The position numbers and the translations under genes were made by a program. 64,000 bases of DNA from Patescibacteria group bacterium (lineage in GTDB: Bacteria; Patescibacteriota; Gracilibacteria; UBA4473), in assembly GCA_965660445.1 (NCBI GenBank), contig CBFIAK010000002.1, forward strand, positions 8,235 to 72,234, in the 5' to 3' direction. Under the pieces are notes generated by a model. The model was not told the DNA's origin. It was given only the letters and a program-made list of their open reading frames with translations, and searched no databases. This document shows, one piece after another, positions 1 to 9,898 of this stretch (its first letter is position 1; each line of letters starts with the position of its first letter).

Positions 1-23
1 GCCCAAAGAATGCCCCTAATGCG

Positions 24-1919
24 GTGAGTACTTATCCTGTTATTATTGCACAAACAAAAGAAGATCTTCTACAACTCGATAAAAGAGTTGCTTTGTATCC
101 TCAATCAGAAGAAGAAAAAGACATAGTATCAAAACCTTCTTCATTAATTTCTCAAAAATCGTCACCGAGTATAACACAAAAACCAAATTCAACTGTTGTT
201 CTTGCACAACAAAATACAGAATTACTCGATACACTCTATAGTGATGAAAGAGTTGCATTATTTCCTTTGCAGTCTCCGTCCCCTTGGGATTATTTTCTAA
301 AATCTGGAGTGAATTTAGAAACGAATCGGTTAAATTTTTCAGATGTCAATGTATTGAACCATAACCGGCTTCCTATTGATGCTTTTGGTGGTGGGCGGAA
401 TGAAACAGCACAGTTTTTTCAAATGTTGGCTGATTATGGAGATATGCATGATAAAGCGTTTATTCAAAACAATTCAAAACAATTAACCTATTATGCCGAT
501 CAAATAGATATGACCAGAACATTGCACCAAATGCTCAATCCTGAGTATACAGAAAAATGGGCTTCGCAATGGAGTGAATATAAAGATTTTATTGCGTTTG
601 CTCAAAACACACTTTTGCCAAAACTTCAGTCGTTTAACCCAGAAACACAAACATTTAAAGAATTCTTAGATGATGCGGTGTCTGATTTTTCTTCACTTGA
701 AGCGTTTCAAGATGCACCAGATTCTTTGAAAAGTACGCTTGAAAATGGACTGAAATCAGCTTTACTGAACCAACTTTGGTATGTTAACGATCGGTTTCAG
801 GAAAATTCAACAGCAAAACAAGATCTTCAGTTTCAGTCGCAATTGTATGGGTTTTCATTAATTCAGTCTCAGTTTCTTCAAAGACCAGCGCAACGATCAG
901 CAATCAATGTGTTTGCACAAAAAACAATGGAAAGTTGGTTGAATTCTGAAAATTCTCTTGTGCATGTCGAAGGAACCGCCCAATATGATATAGGGAAAAA
1001 AGGAAAACTCTCTTTTTCTGGAGCATTAGGGTTAAACCCTTCTGGAAAACTTGGAGGAGACGAAGGAAACTTTGATCTCTATACAAGAAATGCTCTTTTA
1101 GCAACGACCAAGCTTGCCTACACACAACCAATTTTCGAAAAATCCGGTATTGATGCTGATATTAATGCAGAACTGAAGTTTGGGGTAATTACTCCATTAG
1201 GGGATGCAATGTCTCGCCATACGGGAAATTTTCAATTAGCAGGAAATATTGTGGGGGTGGATAGTGGAATGTTGACTTTTGGAAACCTTGCCGATACGGA
1301 AATGATGGGATACGGGAAAATTGATGCCGTTTTTCGAACGGAAAATAAATCACAAACACTCTTGATTGATTGGAACCCTCAAATGTACGTGTTACCATAC
1401 CAAGTCATTGATACATTCCAAGGGGAGGCTTGGCAACAAGCCAAAGAAATATCAGGTATTCAGTCTTCTGGAGCCGACCTTGTTCCAGAAATGCTTTTTG
1501 GAATAAATCTTCAGTATTCACCAGATTCTATACGAAGAAATAATAAAAATGAACCACAACGAATTGATAAAGCTCCGGATTTACTCTTTAAAGGAGGCCT
1601 TCTCTTGAATGTAAAACGACCATTCTTAGAGGCTTTATCTGAAAACGATAACGTTGAAATACTTCGTTCTATTCAAGCGTTAAACCTTGAAGTCGATAAA
1701 AAAGTAGCTGATGATGTTCAATTATATCTCAAAACTCAATTCTCTGGAGGTATTGGAGGTGGAGCAAACGTATTTTTGAATAATTTTAATACTGCGTTTG
1801 GAACCAGATGGCAAATGGATAGCAAAGGAAAACTTCTGTTTGATGCCAATGTTGGGCTTACTCAATTTGGAGGTCATAAAAACTACAACGCTCAAGTAGG
1901 AGTAAAATGGAACTTATAG
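24..1919 (+). CDS. Hypothetical protein, possibly 5'-truncated by the window edge
   Basis: 631-aa ORF. The frame stays open from nt 3, so the true start may lie upstream of the window. The N-terminus has two copies of a ~25-aa motif (VIIAQ..LL.L.KRVALYPQS and VVLAQ..LL.L..ERVALFPLQS). No recognisable catalytic motif. A hairpin terminator follows. Confidence 0.6.
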   Translation: MSTYPVIIAQTKEDLLQLDKRVALYPQSEEEKDIVSKPSSLISQKSSPSITQKPNSTVVLAQQNTELLDTLYSDERVALFPLQSPSPWDYFLKSGVNLETNRLNFSDVNVLNHNRLPIDAFGGGRNETAQFFQMLADYGDMHDKAFIQNNSKQLTYYADQIDMTRTLHQMLNPEYTEKWASQWSEYKDFIAFAQNTLLPKLQSFNPETQTFKEFLDDAVSDFSSLEAFQDAPDSLKSTLENGLKSALLNQLWYVNDRFQENSTAKQDLQFQSQLYGFSLIQSQFLQRPAQRSAINVFAQKTMESWLNSENSLVHVEGTAQYDIGKKGKLSFSGALGLNPSGKLGGDEGNFDLYTRNALLATTKLAYTQPIFEKSGIDADINAELKFGVITPLGDAMSRHTGNFQLAGNIVGVDSGMLTFGNLADTEMMGYGKIDAVFRTENKSQTLLIDWNPQMYVLPYQVIDTFQGEAWQQAKEISGIQSSGADLVPEMLFGINLQYSPDSIRRNNKNEPQRIDKAPDLLFKGGLLLNVKRPFLEALSENDNVEILRSIQALNLEVDKKVADDVQLYLKTQFSGGIGGGANVFLNNFNTAFGTRWQMDSKGKLLFDANVGLTQFGGHKNYNAQVGVKWNL

Positions 1920-1947
1920 ACGTTTCGCTTTAGAGGAGACAACTTAG

Positions 1948-1970
1948 AAACCGCCATTCTGCGGTTTTTT
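1948..1970 (+). terminator. Rho-independent terminator candidate
   Basis: Stem aaaccgc / gcggttt with loop cattct, followed by a T-run, 29 nt after the stop of the 24..1919 ORF. Confidence 0.6.
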
Positions 1971-2230
1971 GTTTTCTCCTCTATACGAAAAAGTGCTTAC
2001 TTTTTCGATACCTCTTTCCAATAAAGAGTTTGAGTGCTTCGAGCCCCACAAGACCCAAAGCGTACTCACACATATTTTATTTTTGAAATATATTCATTTC
2101 AAAATCAAAATCAGTTAAAAATTTGAGTTGGCTCCCTTGGGTGGTGCTGACTCAAATTTTTTCTTCTTAAAGGGAAAAGATAGGTATTGGAAAGAAAAAC
2201 CGAATGGTTTGTCTTTCCAAAAAAGAAGCG

Positions 2231-3454
2231 CTATAGCCCTTCTTGAATTCTCAATAACTGGTTGTATTTACACACTCGTTCAGACCGAGAAAGAGACCCT
2301 GTTTTGATTTGTCCGGCGTTTGTTCCCACTGCTAAATCAGCAATAAATGAGTCTTCGGTTTCTCCTGATCGGTGAGAAATAACGGTACCAAACCCGTGTT
2401 TTTTCGCTAAGTGCATGGTCTGAAATGTTTCGGTTAAGCTTCCGATTTGGTTTACTTTAATCAAAATAGCGTTGCATAAATGTGTATCAATAGCCACTTG
2501 TAACCGTTTTGGGTTCGTGACGAGTAAATCGTCACCAACTAACTGCAACTTACTTCCAAACCGTTCTTGCATTTTTCCAAACCCAATAAAATCGTCTTCA
2601 TGATGTGAGTCTTCTAGCGACTCAATAGGATATTTTTTCATCAGATCAGCATAGACATCAATAAGTTCAGCAGACGATACCACTCGGTTATCAATGTGGT
2701 ACTGTCCGTTTTCATAAAACTCATTGGCTGCTGCATCCATAGCGAGGCGGACTTTTCCGTCGTACCCCGTTACATGAATTGCTTCCAAAATAACATCACA
2801 CGCTTCATGAGAATGAGCTATATGAGGAGCAAAACCACCTTCATCACCCACTCCAACAGCGTGTCCTTTTGATTTAAGTATCTTTTTTAACGTATGAAAA
2901 ATTTCAGCACCTGCTTGTAAGTTTTGTCGAAAATCTTCGAAATGAGGAAATACCATGAATTCTTGAATGGCAAGTCCCGAATCAGCATGAGCGCCTCCAT
3001 TTAAAATATTCATCATCGGTCGAGGTATGCTCATACGCCCTCCAAATAAATGATTGATATGTCGGTATAGCGGGATGTTTTTTTGTACGCTTGCGAGTCG
3101 ACACACGGCAAGCGATACCCCTAAAATAGCGTTGGCTCCTAATTGTGATTTATTCGGAGTTCCGTCTAAATGAATCATTTTTTGATCAATGGCTTCTTGG
3201 TTTTGAGGATCAAGCCCCAAAACAGACGGCCCAATAATCGTATTCACGTTTCGAATAGCTTGTAATACTCCTTTTCCGTTATATCTATCGAGGTCTTTGT
3301 CTCTGAGTTCTAATGCTTCGTGAGCGCCTGTTGATGCCCCTGAGGGGACGCATGCACGTGCGACATGTTGTCCATCAGAAACTTCTACTTCAATGGTTGG
3401 GTTTCCTCGTGAATCAAGAATTTCTCGTGCGAAAACAGATTTAAGTGGCTTCAT
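2231..3454 (-). CDS. eno: Enolase (phosphopyruvate hydratase)
   Basis: 407 aa. N-terminus is REILDSRGNPTIEVEV. Also carries SGETEDSFIADLAV and KTGSLSRSERVCKYNQLLRIQE, all hallmark enolase motifs. Confidence 0.97.
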   Translation of the reverse strand: MKPLKSVFAREILDSRGNPTIEVEVSDGQHVARACVPSGASTGAHEALELRDKDLDRYNGKGVLQAIRNVNTIIGPSVLGLDPQNQEAIDQKMIHLDGTPNKSQLGANAILGVSLAVCRLASVQKNIPLYRHINHLFGGRMSIPRPMMNILNGGAHADSGLAIQEFMVFPHFEDFRQNLQAGAEIFHTLKKILKSKGHAVGVGDEGGFAPHIAHSHEACDVILEAIHVTGYDGKVRLAMDAAANEFYENGQYHIDNRVVSSAELIDVYADLMKKYPIESLEDSHHEDDFIGFGKMQERFGSKLQLVGDDLLVTNPKRLQVAIDTHLCNAILIKVNQIGSLTETFQTMHLAKKHGFGTVISHRSGETEDSFIADLAVGTNAGQIKTGSLSRSERVCKYNQLLRIQEGL

Positions 3455-3610
3455 GGTTGTGTAAAAAAAATCAGTTTTATTGTAAGGAATTATTCAAAAG
3501 AAGTGTAGAGAATGCGTATTGTTTTGGTCTTTAAAATATGGTATAGTTTATGAGTAAAAGAAAACATCTTTTCTTTTGTGTGTTTGGTATGAAAATACAT
3601 TGAATTTCTT

Positions 3611-5188
3611 TTGGTTTTTCTGCACAATGGATGTGTGAAAAAGTTTTTTCTTATCGGGTTTATCTGTGTTCATTTGTGTTTTGTGCCATACTTTGTGGTA
3701 CAGGCAAATCTTCGTGTGAGCGATGCCGTGGAGATTGTGAATGGGAAGGTTGTAAAAACCACAGTACTGGCTAATAAAGAAGGCTCTGTTTTTCTTGAGT
3801 TTTTAAACGATACTCGTGTATTCGCTCCTGTGGAAGGATCATTTGCGGGATCGGTGTTGCCTCCTGTTGTCATTGATCGTCCTTATTCACCGCCTCTTCC
3901 GTTAATGCAAGATGTTGTTGTGTTTTCGTTTGAATCGAGTATGGACGATATGCCGTTGCAATTTGCTGATAAAATGCAGTTTGTACGTAATAAAACCGCT
4001 TATCGTCTTGAGCATTTCTCTCCTGAGGAATTTGAACGTACAGCACATGTGCGTGTGTTTGTACCACTGGATAAAGAAGTAACAAAAGCGTCTTTATGGC
4101 AATTTATAGATACCAATGAAACGAGATCGGGGCGTATGCCGTTTTGGGTTCGTATGGGAGGACGCATAACTCAAACCGATAAAGACCCTGTTTTCGTAGC
4201 GCATATAAAAGAAACAGGTACGTATGCTGTCTTTAATGAGAACCCGAACCCCACAGGAACAGATCCCGTCAACCCCGATGATATAGAATTAGCAGAATTA
4301 CCCCCTTATATTGATGAATTCACAGACCCTCAAATGGGACTGAATGAAGCTGGTCTTTTTGATTCATCTGATCTGGAACTGTATGAGCAATTGGGCGATG
4401 TTCCCCCTTATATTGAGTCTCAAGGTTCTCTTGCACCAACCAATCAAACGCCTCTCAATATTGAAGGCAATCCTGATGCAATGGTTCCAGGGATGCAAGC
4501 GCCTAATATTTTTCAGGCTTCTGCTCCGTTATTGCCTACTCAGACCGTACCCGCTCAAAATGCAATGGGGACTCAATCGCAAGACATGATTCCTTCAGTA
4601 ACATCTCTATCAGATACTCTTCCTTCACAATCTCCTGCGCGAAGTGCTCCTCCATTACCTATCTATGCTTCATATGTGCAGTGTGATGCTCCACCACCTC
4701 GTCTTGATACTCTTCCAGGGGCACCGAACTGGCAACGTCCAAATTATTTGAATCCTGATGTCAATACTCAACCACTGACACAAGACCAAATAAACCAAAT
4801 TCCAACGTATTGTCGTATCTTTATTCCTCGTGATGTGATGCAGTCTTATCAAGACTCATTACTCGCTTTGGATCAAAACCAAGAAGTACCACAAAATATT
4901 CTTGAAACCCAACAAAATAATGGTTCTTTTGCCATAGATACATTTCAGTCTGAAAATGAAGAAAGAATCGAGGACGAAGGAAACACTATTCCCAATGATA
5001 TGAATCTTTCAGATCTTCAGGCACAAGTGTTTCATTCGCCATTACCAAAAACGGGAAACCAAGGGCGTCTGGATATTCCGTTTGGAGTCTTGAGTGTGTT
5101 GGGGCTTTTGGGAGCGAGTGTGTGGGTAATAGTGCGACAACGAAATCAACGCATAGTGCTTGTTCCTCGTAATCAAAACCGTCCATAG
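3611..5188 (+). CDS. LPXTG-anchored cell-surface protein, Pro/Gln-rich
   Basis: C-terminus has LPKTG (nt 5042-5056), then a hydrophobic stretch (FGVLSVLGLLGASVWVIV) and a basic tail (RQRNQR), which is a classical sortase sorting signal. A signal-peptide-like N-terminus suggests the more likely start is the GTG at 3635 (VKKFFLIGFICV...). Confidence 0.8.
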   Translation: MVFLHNGCVKKFFLIGFICVHLCFVPYFVVQANLRVSDAVEIVNGKVVKTTVLANKEGSVFLEFLNDTRVFAPVEGSFAGSVLPPVVIDRPYSPPLPLMQDVVVFSFESSMDDMPLQFADKMQFVRNKTAYRLEHFSPEEFERTAHVRVFVPLDKEVTKASLWQFIDTNETRSGRMPFWVRMGGRITQTDKDPVFVAHIKETGTYAVFNENPNPTGTDPVNPDDIELAELPPYIDEFTDPQMGLNEAGLFDSSDLELYEQLGDVPPYIESQGSLAPTNQTPLNIEGNPDAMVPGMQAPNIFQASAPLLPTQTVPAQNAMGTQSQDMIPSVTSLSDTLPSQSPARSAPPLPIYASYVQCDAPPPRLDTLPGAPNWQRPNYLNPDVNTQPLTQDQINQIPTYCRIFIPRDVMQSYQDSLLALDQNQEVPQNILETQQNNGSFAIDTFQSENEERIEDEGNTIPNDMNLSDLQAQVFHSPLPKTGNQGRLDIPFGVLSVLGLLGASVWVIVRQRNQRIVLVPRNQNRP

Positions 5189-5198
5189 TTTTTTTTGT

Positions 5199-6239
5199 AT
5201 GCCTGATTATGAATTTTTTTCGTTTGATGTACCCCATTCTCAAGAATGGGATCTTTTTGTCGCCCAGTCTCAACTTGGATCGATTCATCAAACTTCATGG
5301 TGGGCGAATTTTCAGAAAAAAATACCCGGACGTGACTTTGTTCGTGGATACGGTGTTCGTCATTCAAAAACCAAACAAATACTGTCGACTACTTTTTGTG
5401 TTCAAATGAAGGTGGGAGTTGGTGATTTTTTTTGGTGGTATTCTCCTCGTGGACCTGTATTTGATATGGATCATTGTGAAGCAGCGTGTGCCTTATTGCA
5501 GTTTGTAAAGAAAGAGTTACAAAAAAGTCGAGGTATATTTTGGCGACTTGATCCATTGGTACCCATCTCTCAAACCTTTTCGTATCCATTTTTAACCTGT
5601 GCAGCGACACAAAACTATCAACCCACCGATACACTTCATATAGATCTCACGCAATCATCAGATGTAATTCTTTCGCAAATGAAACGAAAAGGGCGCTATA
5701 ATATACAACTGGCTCGTAAACATGGCGTTACGATACAGTCTTTATCAGCTTCAGATATAACCGATCAAGATATCGATGATTTTTGGAAACTGAATCAAGA
5801 CACAACACAGCGTGACTCTTTTTCAGGACACGAAAAATCGTATTATCGTCATTTTTTGTCGTCTCTTCCTGATATTGCCGTCCTATTTTTCGCGGTTGCA
5901 CCAGATGGAACGCGTATAGCCACCGCTATTTCTACTTTTTATGCTCATCATGCAATTTATTATTTTGGAGCCTCAACATCTGATCCACACTTTCGAAAAT
6001 ATATGGCGCCTTATTTGCTTCAATGGGAGATGATGCAGTATGCGAAAGACAAAGGCTTTCGGGATTACGATTTTTTAGGTATTGCACCAGAAAATAAACA
6101 AAACCACCCATATGCAGGTATTTCAGAGTTTAAATGGAAATTCGGGGGAACTCGAAAAACCTATCATGCGGGGCGTGAAGTGCCTTTGCGATGGTTTTGG
6201 TATGGTGTGTATCGAGTTTTAAAATTTTTTCGTTCATAA
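5199..6239 (+). CDS. FemAB-family peptidoglycan peptide-bridge aminoacyltransferase (FemX-like)
   Basis: Motifs YYFGASTSD...R.YMAPYLLQWEMMQYAKDKGF..YDFLGI and ISEFKWKFGG are typical of FemAB / lipid II aminoacyltransferases. The start was trimmed to the ATG at 5199, just after the upstream stop at 5186-5188. The ORF-track start of 5160 overlaps the previous gene. Confidence 0.75.
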   Translation: MPDYEFFSFDVPHSQEWDLFVAQSQLGSIHQTSWWANFQKKIPGRDFVRGYGVRHSKTKQILSTTFCVQMKVGVGDFFWWYSPRGPVFDMDHCEAACALLQFVKKELQKSRGIFWRLDPLVPISQTFSYPFLTCAATQNYQPTDTLHIDLTQSSDVILSQMKRKGRYNIQLARKHGVTIQSLSASDITDQDIDDFWKLNQDTTQRDSFSGHEKSYYRHFLSSLPDIAVLFFAVAPDGTRIATAISTFYAHHAIYYFGASTSDPHFRKYMAPYLLQWEMMQYAKDKGFRDYDFLGIAPENKQNHPYAGISEFKWKFGGTRKTYHAGREVPLRWFWYGVYRVLKFFRS

Positions 6240-6252
6240 TTATTTTTTTCTC

Positions 6253-7113
6253 ATGATTAAGCGACTAACAAAAGCCATTATTCCTGTTGCAGGGTTCGGG
6301 ACTCGTATGCTTCCTGCTACAAAAACTATCCCGAAAGAAATGCTTCCGGTGTTTGATACTCCCGTTATCGATTGGATTATCCGTGAAGTAGTGCAAGCTG
6401 GTATTCAGGATATTATTTTAGTGACTAGTAGTAACAAAAAATCAATCGAAGACTATTTTGATGTTCATTTCGAGCTTGAAACAAAACTCAAATCGAGATC
6501 CAAAACAAAATTGTTGCGTCGTATTGAAGATTTACATAATTTAGCTCGTATTATGTATGTTCGCCAAACAGAACCTCTTGGAGGAGGGCATGCTATACTG
6601 TGTGCTCATCGATTCTTAGCTCCTGACGAATCAGCAATTGTTCTTTTTGGAGACGATATTGTGATGAACGAGGGCGGAAAAAACGCGGTAGAACAAATGC
6701 TTGATATGTATATGAAAGATGGAAACCCTGTGGTACTTTTACAAGATGTTGCAAAAGAAGATGTGTCAAAATACGGTATCGTACAACAATCAAAAAATGG
6801 TCTTATCACTGATATTGTTGAAAAACCATCGATTGAAACAGCGCCGTCTTCTTTAGCCGTTGTGGGAAAATATATTTTAACGCCTAGAATGTTTGAGTTT
6901 TTATACAAAACAAAATCTGGACTGGGCGGAGAAATAGGGCTCACCGATGCTTTTTATGATTATATTCGTGCAGGAGAATCTTTGCGTGGATGTGTCCTTG
7001 AAGGAAAACGGTTTGATACAGGGGACCCTATTGGATACGCGGAAGCCTTTTTGTATGCCGCTTTACTTCAGTATCCAGATGAGATAAAAAAACGGTTTCG
7101 GTCTTATTTGTAA
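6253..7113 (+). CDS. galU: UTP--glucose-1-phosphate uridylyltransferase, paralogue 1
   Basis: KAIIPVAGFGTRMLPATKTIPKEMLPV at the N-terminus, plus VRQ.EPLGGGHAIL and FDTGD. This is the GalU/GtaB signature. Confidence 0.9.
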   Translation: MIKRLTKAIIPVAGFGTRMLPATKTIPKEMLPVFDTPVIDWIIREVVQAGIQDIILVTSSNKKSIEDYFDVHFELETKLKSRSKTKLLRRIEDLHNLARIMYVRQTEPLGGGHAILCAHRFLAPDESAIVLFGDDIVMNEGGKNAVEQMLDMYMKDGNPVVLLQDVAKEDVSKYGIVQQSKNGLITDIVEKPSIETAPSSLAVVGKYILTPRMFEFLYKTKSGLGGEIGLTDAFYDYIRAGESLRGCVLEGKRFDTGDPIGYAEAFLYAALLQYPDEIKKRFRSYL

Positions 7114-7193
7114 AGCGAAATTTCGTTCGTTCTCTTTTTTTCCTGAGAATGTTTTGTATACTGAAACAGATTCTATTCTAACGATTTATTTCT

Positions 7194-8063
7194 ATGAAGA
7201 AAATTCGAAAAGCTATTCTTCCTGTTGCTGGGTTTGGAACTCGGTTTTTACCTGCTACAAAAGCACAACCAAAAGAAATGCTCTCGGTGTTTGATACGCC
7301 GGCTATTGAATTTGTTGTTCGAGAAGCTGTTGATTGTGGTGTTCGTGATATTATTCTCATTACTGGAAAAGATAAACGATCACTCGAAGATCATTTTGAT
7401 ACTCACTTTGAGTTGGAATATAAACTCGAACAGGCTGGGAAAATTAAACAGCTTGAAATGGTTCGTCGTATCTCACAACTCGCTAATTTTGTGTATGTGA
7501 GACAACCCAAACCATTAGGAGACGGACATGCTATTTTGTGTGCCAAAGACTTAATTGGTGAAGATGAAACAGTAGCAGTTCTTTTTGGGGATGATTTAGT
7601 TGATAACCCTGGAGGTCCAAATGCGTTACAACAACTCTTTGATGTGTATGAAAAAACAGGTGATCCAGTTGTTTTACTCGAAAGTGGAATTAAGTCGCAA
7701 GATATGCATAAATATGGAATGGTGCAAATGGATCAAGAAAATATTATTCGGCGAATTGTCGAAAAACCAGAAAACCCAAAAGATGCTCCTTCTGATTGTG
7801 GTGTTGTAGGAAAATTTGTGGTTACTCCTGATATTTTAAACCGATTAAGAGATGCAGAATCAAGTCATACCGATGGCGAAATTCGTCTTACAGATGCATT
7901 TATATCACATATTCATGCTGGAAAAAACGTGAGAGGAAAAGTGCTTCAAGGGCGACGGTTTGATACAGGAGACAAAATTGGGTTTCTAGAAGCCACGCTT
8001 CATTACGCACTTAAAAAAGATCCAGAAGCGGTTCGCAATGTGATTAAAAAGTTTGCGGAGTAG
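7194..8063 (+). CDS. galU: UTP--glucose-1-phosphate uridylyltransferase, paralogue 2
   Basis: KAILPVAGFGTRFLPATKAQPKEMLSV, VRQPKPLGDGHAIL and RFDTGDKIGF. Collinear with the upstream paralogue over its whole length. Confidence 0.9.
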   Translation: MKKIRKAILPVAGFGTRFLPATKAQPKEMLSVFDTPAIEFVVREAVDCGVRDIILITGKDKRSLEDHFDTHFELEYKLEQAGKIKQLEMVRRISQLANFVYVRQPKPLGDGHAILCAKDLIGEDETVAVLFGDDLVDNPGGPNALQQLFDVYEKTGDPVVLLESGIKSQDMHKYGMVQMDQENIIRRIVEKPENPKDAPSDCGVVGKFVVTPDILNRLRDAESSHTDGEIRLTDAFISHIHAGKNVRGKVLQGRRFDTGDKIGFLEATLHYALKKDPEAVRNVIKKFAE

Positions 8064-8068
8064 ATCTT

Positions 8069-9478
8069 CTATTCGAGCGTTCGTATTTGTAAAGCTTTGA
8101 TCATAGTACCGTTTATTAAAATATCAGAAAGCATTACAAATCGTTGTCCTCGGCGTTCAGGGTATGTGCGCAAGAGGTGAGCAATAGCTGTTTTAATGGT
8201 TGTTTCTGGGTCAGATGAAAACGGAATATGGAACGACTGCGTTCCCCAAAATAAAGACATATTTCGGCATATTTTTTCTGTATCAGCAAAAACAAATAAT
8301 GGTTCATGAGGGCGAAAGCTTGCCATAGTTCGGGCAGTTGATCCACTTCGAGTTAAGACCATAATAAATTCTATGTGCTCAAGTGTATCTATAACATTCC
8401 ATGCGTTTTGGCAGAATGATTCTTTTTCTGTTTCTACTTCTAATTTTCGAATAGATCGTTTTCCTAAATACGCTTCTTCTGTGCGTTTAATAATACGACT
8501 CATAGCCTCTACTGCCTTAAATGGATAAGCGCCTATTGTTGTTTCTCCTGAAAGCATAACGGCATCATTTCGTTGATAAGTAGCGGTGAAGACATCGGTT
8601 GCTTCTGCTCGAGTAGGGATGGGTTCTTGAATCATTGATTCAAGCATATGCGTTGCGACAATCACTGGTTTTTTGTAGATCGCACTTTTTTTGGCTATTT
8701 CCCATTGAATAATGGGTACATCTTCAAACGGAATTTCTGCTCCTAAGTCTCCACGAGCAACCATAATACCGTCTGATACTTGAAATAAATCATCAATGTT
8801 TTGTGTGGCTCTCAGTGTTTCTACTTTTGTAATGAGTTGAATAGTTGATTTTTTTTCTTCTAAAAATTTTCGAATCGTCAAAATGTCTTCAGCTGACCGA
8901 ATAAACGATAACGCAATAAAATCAGCATCGTTTTCAACCGCAAACTCAATATCAGACCAATCTTTTTCTGTAATTGAGGGAAGTGATATATCTTTTCCGG
9001 GGAGATTTACATGTCGTTTGCTTTTTATTTCTCCTCCATCAAGAACCCGACACAGTACATCGGTGTTCTGTATTGAATCTACCGTAAGGGTAATAACTCC
9101 ATTATCAATAAGAATCGTGTCTCCAGATTGCACATCTTGAGGAAACTCTTTGTAGTTGATCGTGAGGATTGATTGAGAGAACGGTTTGTCCGTATCAGTG
9201 GTCAGTGTTATCGTATCGTTTTCATGAATAGTGAATGGGTGTGGAACATCACCAGTTCGAATTTCTGGGCCTTTGGTATCAATCATAATACCATAATGAA
9301 GTCCTGTTTCTTGATTGAGTTGCTTAATGCGATCAATAACTTGTCTGTGAGACTCATGTGTGCCGTGAGAAAAATTGAGGCGGAAAATATTTACTCCGCA
9401 CTCGCCAAGTCGTTTTAAGTTTTCATAGCTTTCGGTAACGGGTCCAATGGTCGCAACGATTTTTGTTTTTTTGTTCAT
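8069..9478 (-). CDS. pyk: Pyruvate kinase
   Basis: KTKIVATIGP, NFSHG..E.H, IDTKGPEIRTG and MVARGDLG are canonical pyruvate kinase motifs. Confidence 0.95.
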   Translation of the reverse strand: MNKKTKIVATIGPVTESYENLKRLGECGVNIFRLNFSHGTHESHRQVIDRIKQLNQETGLHYGIMIDTKGPEIRTGDVPHPFTIHENDTITLTTDTDKPFSQSILTINYKEFPQDVQSGDTILIDNGVITLTVDSIQNTDVLCRVLDGGEIKSKRHVNLPGKDISLPSITEKDWSDIEFAVENDADFIALSFIRSAEDILTIRKFLEEKKSTIQLITKVETLRATQNIDDLFQVSDGIMVARGDLGAEIPFEDVPIIQWEIAKKSAIYKKPVIVATHMLESMIQEPIPTRAEATDVFTATYQRNDAVMLSGETTIGAYPFKAVEAMSRIIKRTEEAYLGKRSIRKLEVETEKESFCQNAWNVIDTLEHIEFIMVLTRSGSTARTMASFRPHEPLFVFADTEKICRNMSLFWGTQSFHIPFSSDPETTIKTAIAHLLRTYPERRGQRFVMLSDILINGTMIKALQIRTLE

Positions 9479-9490
9479 ATGAGTGGAAAT

Positions 9491-9895
9491 TTAAGATTCG
9501 TTATCAGGTTTTGTTTCTATTTTTGGAAGTTGATACATGCTTATACTGTACTCAACCAGTGATAAAAATAAAGCGGTTAAAAATGCAGCGTATATATCAA
9601 GCATGTTTAAAAACGCAAAGAGTATTAAAGCGGTTATAAAAACACCAATAAAAACACCTCGTCTCAGTGCTGTATAGAGTGATTTTATACCGAGCGTTCT
9701 TCTGGCAAATAATTCTTTTCCAAAAAAAAGAATAAGTGTCCAAAGAGAAGCCATCATGAGGAATAACGATATAAAAAAGAGTAAGATTCCTAGGTTTTTT
9801 TGTGGACCAAATGGGTCAATGCGCGTAATGGTCATAAGAAAGAGGATTCCGCTAAGAATAAAAACCATACCCAGAGCCAGTAAATATCGTATCAT
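9491..9895 (-). CDS. Small integral membrane protein (about 4 TM), unknown function
   Basis: 134 aa, four hydrophobic segments. Tightly packed between pilD and pyk on the same strand. Confidence 0.6.
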   Translation of the reverse strand: MIRYLLALGMVFILSGILFLMTITRIDPFGPQKNLGILLFFISLFLMMASLWTLILFFGKELFARRTLGIKSLYTALRRGVFIGVFITALILFAFLNMLDIYAAFLTALFLSLVEYSISMYQLPKIETKPDNES

Positions 9896-9898
9896 ATG

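Noticed and set aside
1700-1919. Alternating hydrophobic C-terminus (QVGVKWNL), with Gly-rich strands before it, reminiscent of an outer-membrane beta-barrel signal.
   Set aside because: The terminal residue is not aromatic. The pattern is short. The other envelope genes (sortase/LPXTG, LCP, SLH, FemAB) point to a monoderm-type wall, so this is too weak to call.
1971-2230. Search for SRP RNA, tmRNA or 6S RNA signatures in this and the other longer spacers (21397-21556, 24163-24313, 52537-52647, 54628-54794, 62359-62577).
   Set aside because: I could not find the conserved SRP domain IV motif (GGAA/AGCA), a tmRNA tRNA-like end, or a tag-reading-frame pattern. Only generic hairpins are visible.
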